NCBI GenBank assembly: GCA_022709525.1
Contig: JAKLIQ010000005.1
Location: 71,966-135,965, forward strand
Direction: 5' to 3'
Source: Candidatus Omnitrophota bacterium
Lineage (GTDB): Bacteria; Omnitrophota; Omnitrophia; Omnitrophales; Aquincolibacteriaceae
Length of the DNA: 64,000 nucleotides
The translations under genes and the position numbers were made by a program. Below the pieces are notes generated by a model that worked only from the letters and a program-made list of their open reading frames with translations, did no database searches and was not told the DNA's origin. Below are positions 59,806 to 64,000 of the stretch, piece by piece; positions within the stretch are counted from its first letter, which is position 1; every line of letters starts with the position of its first letter.

Positions 59806-61638
59806 TCAGCGTGCCTGGTCTTTTCTGGCGTTTTTCTCGATATGGACGGCGATCAAGGAAAGGTCGCAGGAGGAAATTCCCGGGATTCTTGCGGCATGGC
59901 CGATCGATTCGGGTTGGATTTTTTTGAGCTTTTCTTTTGCTTCACGGCCGATGCCTGTGATCTCGTCATAGTTCGTACCAGCGGGGATCTTCTTTTTTTC
60001 GAGTCTGGAAAATTTTTTTACTTCGCTTCGCTGCTGGGCGATGTAGCCCTCGTATTTAATTTCTGTCTCAACGCGATGGGCTTCTTCATCCGAAAGACAG
60101 CTTGAGTGTAAATTATTATTTATCAATGACTTATAGCTCTGTTCAGGACGCTTTAAATATTGATACAGCGTGTCACCGTGAAACCTTTTTGTTTTTAAAG
60201 TTTCAAGGTCTTTCCGGATCCGGTCCATGCGCTCATTAAATGCCGCGAAGGTTTTTTCATCGATCAAGTTAAATTGATGGCCGTAAAACATGAGCCGTTC
60301 GTCGGCGTTGTCCTGCCGCAACAAAAGCCGGAACTCGGCGCGCGAGGTAAACATCCGGTAGGGCTCGTTGGTTCCGCAGGTAACCAGGTCGTCGATCAAA
60401 ACTGCGGTATAAGCTTCCGTCCGGTCAAGAACGAATTCGCTTTCACCGCAAAGCTTGCGGACCACATTAAGGCCGGCCATAAGCCCCTGAGCCGCGGCTT
60501 CTTCGTAGCCGGAGGTGCAGTTGATCTGCCCCGCAAAGAACAGGTTCCGGATCTTTTTGCTTTCAAGAGAGTGCTTTAGTTGGGTCGGCGGCGCGGCATC
60601 GTATTCGATTGCGTAGCCGAATTTCAGGATCTCGGCGCTCTCAAGCCCGCGGATCTTATGAAGCGCCGCGTCCTGGACGTCTTTGGGGAGCGAAGTGGGG
60701 AAGCCGTTCACGTAGATCTCGTTTGTGTCGCGTCCTTCGGGCTCCAGGTAGATTTGGTGGCTTTTTTTGTCCGGGAATTTTACAACCTTGTCTTCGACGG
60801 AAGGACAGTAGCGGGGGCCGATCCCGGTGATCCTGCCGGCGTAAAGCGGGGACCGCTGAAGATTCGCCCGGATGATCTCATGGACTTTTTCGTTCGTGTG
60901 GGTCAGGTAGCAAGAAAGTTGTTCGACTTTGAGATTTTTCGTCCGGTATGAAAAAGGAGAAGGGGGGTTATCTCCTTTTTGTTCCTCAAGGATTTCCCAC
61001 CGAATGCTTTTTTGATCTAAACGCGGCGGCGTTCCTGTTTTAAATCGAACCAGCTCGACCCCGTGCTGCCGAAGCGAATCGGAAAGCCCGACGGCCGGAG
61101 GCTCGTCGCGCCGCCCGCCCGGAAAATGTTCTTCGCCGACATGGATCAATCCTTGAAGAAAAGTGCCTGTGGTCAGGATCACGTGTTCACTTAAAAAAGT
61201 TTCGCCCTCTTTGGTGCGAACGCCGTAACAGGCGTTGTCTTTAACGAGGATCTCTGTGGCCTGGCCTCGCCGGAGTGTCAGATTTTTTTCCGCCTCCAGC
61301 GCATGTTTCATGTAAAGCTCGTATTGTTGTTTGTCGGCTTGCGCCCGCGGCGCCCACACGGCGGGGCCTTTGGATTTGTTAAGCATGCGGAACTGGATCC
61401 CGGTCGCGTCGGTCGCAAGGCCCATTTCGCCCCCGAGCGCGTCGATCTCCCGGACGATGTGGCCTTTAGCCAGTCCGCCGATCGCGGGATTGCACGACAT
61501 GCGGGCGATGGCGCTCGTATCCATGGTGATGACAAGGACGGGGAATCCGTTCCTTGCGACGGCGAGGGAAGCTTCCACGCCAGCGTGTCCGGCGCCTACG
61601 ACAATCGCTGCATATTTAGAACTTGAAGATAAAGACAT
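59806..61638 (-). CDS. mnmG: tRNA uridine-5-carboxymethylaminomethyl modification enzyme MnmG (GidA).
   Basis: 610 aa. FAD-binding motif AAIVVGAGHAGVEA and typical MnmG length. Confidence 0.93.
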   Translation of the reverse strand: MSLSSSSKYAAIVVGAGHAGVEASLAVARNGFPVLVITMDTSAIARMSCNPAIGGLAKGHIVREIDALGGEMGLATDATGIQFRMLNKSKGPAVWAPRAQADKQQYELYMKHALEAEKNLTLRRGQATEILVKDNACYGVRTKEGETFLSEHVILTTGTFLQGLIHVGEEHFPGGRRDEPPAVGLSDSLRQHGVELVRFKTGTPPRLDQKSIRWEILEEQKGDNPPSPFSYRTKNLKVEQLSCYLTHTNEKVHEIIRANLQRSPLYAGRITGIGPRYCPSVEDKVVKFPDKKSHQIYLEPEGRDTNEIYVNGFPTSLPKDVQDAALHKIRGLESAEILKFGYAIEYDAAPPTQLKHSLESKKIRNLFFAGQINCTSGYEEAAAQGLMAGLNVVRKLCGESEFVLDRTEAYTAVLIDDLVTCGTNEPYRMFTSRAEFRLLLRQDNADERLMFYGHQFNLIDEKTFAAFNERMDRIRKDLETLKTKRFHGDTLYQYLKRPEQSYKSLINNNLHSSCLSDEEAHRVETEIKYEGYIAQQRSEVKKFSRLEKKKIPAGTNYDEITGIGREAKEKLKKIQPESIGHAARIPGISSCDLSLIAVHIEKNARKDQAR

Positions 61639-61659
61639 TCTCTTTTAGGGGGTTTTCCT

Positions 61660-61740
61660 GCGCGTTTGCTGCGGGACTTGGGACTGGTCCCTCGGGACTC
61701 GTTTTGGTTTTTACGAGGCCCGAACCGCGAGAGACGAGTC
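61660..61740. repeat. GGGACT / GAGTCCC palindromic repeat cluster in the mnmG-yidC spacer.
   Basis: gcgggacttgggactggtccctcgggactcg...cgagtccctg. Related to the cluster at 44425..44505. Confidence 0.5.
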
Positions 61741-61747
61741 CCTGTCT

Positions 61748-63385
61748 TTATTGGTCTTCGTGGTGCAGAACGATTACGATGCGGTTAATAAAAACCTGCT
61801 GGATAATCGAAAAAAAGTTCTGCAGTGTCCAGTAAAGTGTCAGCCCTGAAGGCATGTTATAACAAAAGATGCCGAAAGCGAGAGGCATGATGTTCATCAT
61901 CATTTTTTGTTCCGGGTTCGAGCCGGGCTGGGACGGCATGAGTTTTTGGTACCAAACCTGAGACGCAGCCATTAGAAGCGGAAGAAGGTTGAAAGAGTTA
62001 AAAGTGCCGACGAGGGGAAGGTTCCAGCTAAAAGGAAGCATGAACATTCTGTCCGGAGCGGAGAGATCGGTGATCCAGCCAATAAAAGGTGCCCCATGAA
62101 GCTCGACGGCTTGGGTTAATAGTTGGTACATAGCAATAAAAATGGGGGCCTGGATGATCATCGGCAAGCAACCCATCATGGGGTTAACCTTGTTCCGCCG
62201 GTAGAGCGCCATCAGTTCTTGTTGGGATTTCGCGGGATCTTTTTTGTGGTGCTCCTGGATCGCCTTCATTTTGGGCGCGAGAGCTTGCATTTTCCTCATA
62301 TTGGCGTACATGGCGTGCGAAGGATATGCAAAGATGAGTTTGACCAAAAGCGTTAGAAGTACTATTGCCCACCCAAAATTATGCGTATACCGATAGAAAA
62401 ATCTCAGAGCCGAAAAAAGCATCCCTCGAAATATTCCAAAAAATCCTCGCGAAAAAATCTCTTCGAACCCGGCGCCGAAACTTTTTAGTTCTTCATAGCG
62501 CTGCGGCCCGGCATAGACCAAAAAGCTGCGTTCGCCCTCGTCTCCCGATGAAACAGTGAGGGGCGCGATCGTCATTTCGCCCCAAAGGGCTTTTTCATCG
62601 GCGCGGGCCGTCCCTTCCAGGATCTTCCCGGCGGGCTTCACAAGCAACGCGAAATATTTTTTAATGAAACCGGCCCAAACGGTCTTTTCGGGAAAGAAAA
62701 ACCCTTTCTTCTTGATGTGCGCCAGGTCTTTAGTCTGGAGTTTATCCGCGTAAACGGCGGCGTCATAATAGCCGTAGTTTTTCTCGAACCCTTTTTCATA
62801 GTTCATGCCGTAATTGAGCGTGAGAGGGAAGTGCTTTTCTTTTTCGGAAAGGTTCTTGACCCGGACGACCAGATCGACTACGGGCTGTTTTTTATGGACC
62901 GTATAAGTCTTGGTGACCCGGTATGCTCCCGGCAGCTCGTAAACAAATTCGACAACCTCGTCTTCGCCGCCGCGCCGGACCATTTTAAAAATGGTCTCCG
63001 CGAGATCCGCTTTTTCGTGCAGAACGCTTAACCCAAAAATGCCCGACTCGTTCGCCTCTCCCGAAAAAAAGTCTGTTTTGGTAAGTTCTTCGCGCCCTTT
63101 TTCTCCCAGAAAAGAAAGGTTCGTGATCGTTCCTCCCAGCGTGGAAAATTCGATCTTATAAAAATCGTTTTCGAGGAGTGCCACGGCCGGCGCGGGGGCC
63201 TTTCCTAAAGCGGGTATTTCGGTGGCGGTAACAACCGGAGCGGATGAGACGGGAAGAGGCCCGGGGGCTGTTACTTCAACCGTTTTTTTCTGATAGGCCT
63301 GCGGGTAGAACCATTTTACGAGAAAGGGATAAAAGATCAGGACAAGCATTGAAAGGACGACCGCTTTTACTGTGTTTTTGTCCAT
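61748..63385 (-). CDS. yidC: Membrane protein insertase YidC.
   Basis: 545 aa. N-terminal TM, periplasmic domain, conserved C-terminal 5-TM core. Confidence 0.9.
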   Translation of the reverse strand: MDKNTVKAVVLSMLVLIFYPFLVKWFYPQAYQKKTVEVTAPGPLPVSSAPVVTATEIPALGKAPAPAVALLENDFYKIEFSTLGGTITNLSFLGEKGREELTKTDFFSGEANESGIFGLSVLHEKADLAETIFKMVRRGGEDEVVEFVYELPGAYRVTKTYTVHKKQPVVDLVVRVKNLSEKEKHFPLTLNYGMNYEKGFEKNYGYYDAAVYADKLQTKDLAHIKKKGFFFPEKTVWAGFIKKYFALLVKPAGKILEGTARADEKALWGEMTIAPLTVSSGDEGERSFLVYAGPQRYEELKSFGAGFEEIFSRGFFGIFRGMLFSALRFFYRYTHNFGWAIVLLTLLVKLIFAYPSHAMYANMRKMQALAPKMKAIQEHHKKDPAKSQQELMALYRRNKVNPMMGCLPMIIQAPIFIAMYQLLTQAVELHGAPFIGWITDLSAPDRMFMLPFSWNLPLVGTFNSFNLLPLLMAASQVWYQKLMPSQPGSNPEQKMMMNIMPLAFGIFCYNMPSGLTLYWTLQNFFSIIQQVFINRIVIVLHHEDQ

Positions 63386-63394
63386 AAACTCTCC

Positions 63395-63610
63395 TTACGG
63401 GACCGGGTCAAATCCGCCCGGATGGAATGGATGGCATTTGCAAAGTCGTTTTAGCATGAGCAACAGGCCGCGAAAGACCCCTTTTTGTTTTAGCGCTTCC
63501 TCGGCGTAAATGGAACAGCTTGGGCTAAAACGGCAGCAAGGCCCGAAAAGCGGCGCGAACACGGCGCGGTAACAACGGACCAAAAAGATCAAAACCTGCT
63601 TCATGCCCAA
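63395..63610 (-). CDS. yidD: Membrane protein insertion efficiency factor YidD.
   Basis: 71 aa. LIRCYRAVFAPLFGPCCRFSPSCSIYAEEAL. Confidence 0.9.
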   Translation of the reverse strand: MGMKQVLIFLVRCYRAVFAPLFGPCCRFSPSCSIYAEEALKQKGVFRGLLLMLKRLCKCHPFHPGGFDPVP

Positions 63611-63978
63611 ATCCCCGCTTTTTTAAAAAGTCCGACGAGCTCTTGTTCCATCGCTTCGTACGAGGGCTGCTTTACTTGCGGCCGCGCCTTGATGAGGCAA
63701 AGCGCCTCTTGGCGGAGGTCTTTCTGGTGTTTTTGAAAGATCTCGCGGATACGGCGTTTCCATAAGTTCCGCCCGACCGCCTTGGAGTCTGTTTTCCGAC
63801 CCACGACGATCCCCACCATCGGCTTTGGTTTCGCCGGCGCGCGCCCTAGATCCTCGGCGCGGCAGGCCCATAGGTAAAAAAAGCTGCCCCGGACAAAACG
63901 TCCTTTCTCGGAAAGGAGCTTGAAGGTTGTTTGCCGGCGGATCCTCTGGTCGGATCCGAGCCGTTTTGTGGGTTCCAA
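63601..63978 (-). CDS. rnpA: Ribonuclease P protein component.
   Basis: 125 aa. Basic protein. Position immediately upstream of yidD-yidC. Confidence 0.85.
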   Translation of the reverse strand: MEPTKRLGSDQRIRRQTTFKLLSEKGRFVRGSFFYLWACRAEDLGRAPAKPKPMVGIVVGRKTDSKAVGRNLWKRRIREIFQKHQKDLRQEALCLIKARPQVKQPSYEAMEQELVGLFKKAGIWA

Positions 63979-64000
63979 CTTTTTATACTTGGGTCAGTTT

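Overview
This 64-kb window is a bacterial chromosomal segment. Coding GC is roughly 55-60%, interrupted by AT-rich (~33-40% GC) accessory stretches. Nearly all genes lie on the minus strand.

The right end carries the classic origin-proximal housekeeping array rnpA-yidD-yidC-mnmG-parA-parB with two consensus parS sites; rsmG is absent.

Leftward from there:
- A co-directional run of sugar-binding protein, GH94 phosphorylase, a secreted DUF3131/GH144-like glycosidase and a ROK regulator.
- A biotin operon (bioB-fabG-fabF-bioF-bioA-bioD) whose last gene overlaps an RnfC/RnfD-like redox module plus two small membrane proteins.
- pilT, polA, coaE, rho (with an N-terminal extension), rpmE-prfA-prmC-murA, and rpsP-trmD-rplS-rnhB-yraN (rimM absent).
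- A c-di-GMP signalling operon on the plus strand: REC, then REC-GGDEF-EAL, then a PAS histidine kinase.
- Two Hsp20 genes.
- A 3' remnant of comM/yifB abutting unusual regulator genes.
- A tight 7-8 gene signalling operon: two paralogous tandem-REC proteins, a REC-like protein, a multi-TM GAF histidine kinase, an AT-rich SAM-methyltransferase plus CheY insert, and an ACP-receiver fusion protein.
- An AT-rich accessory locus of XRE and hypothetical genes.
- At the left edge, a giant secreted coiled-coil/HEAT-repeat gene of at least 2,950 codons that runs off the window. It is missing from the supplied ORF track because it has no in-window stop.

I found no rRNA, tRNA, CRISPR array, integrase or transposase. 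Short palindromic repeat families recur in intergenic spacers: CCCCGTTAGAG/CTCTAACGGGG-bounded ~100-bp elements, GGGACTCG repeats and a CACCCAGCT/AGCTGGGTG array. All functional calls come from reading the translations by eye against remembered family signatures. No database search was run.
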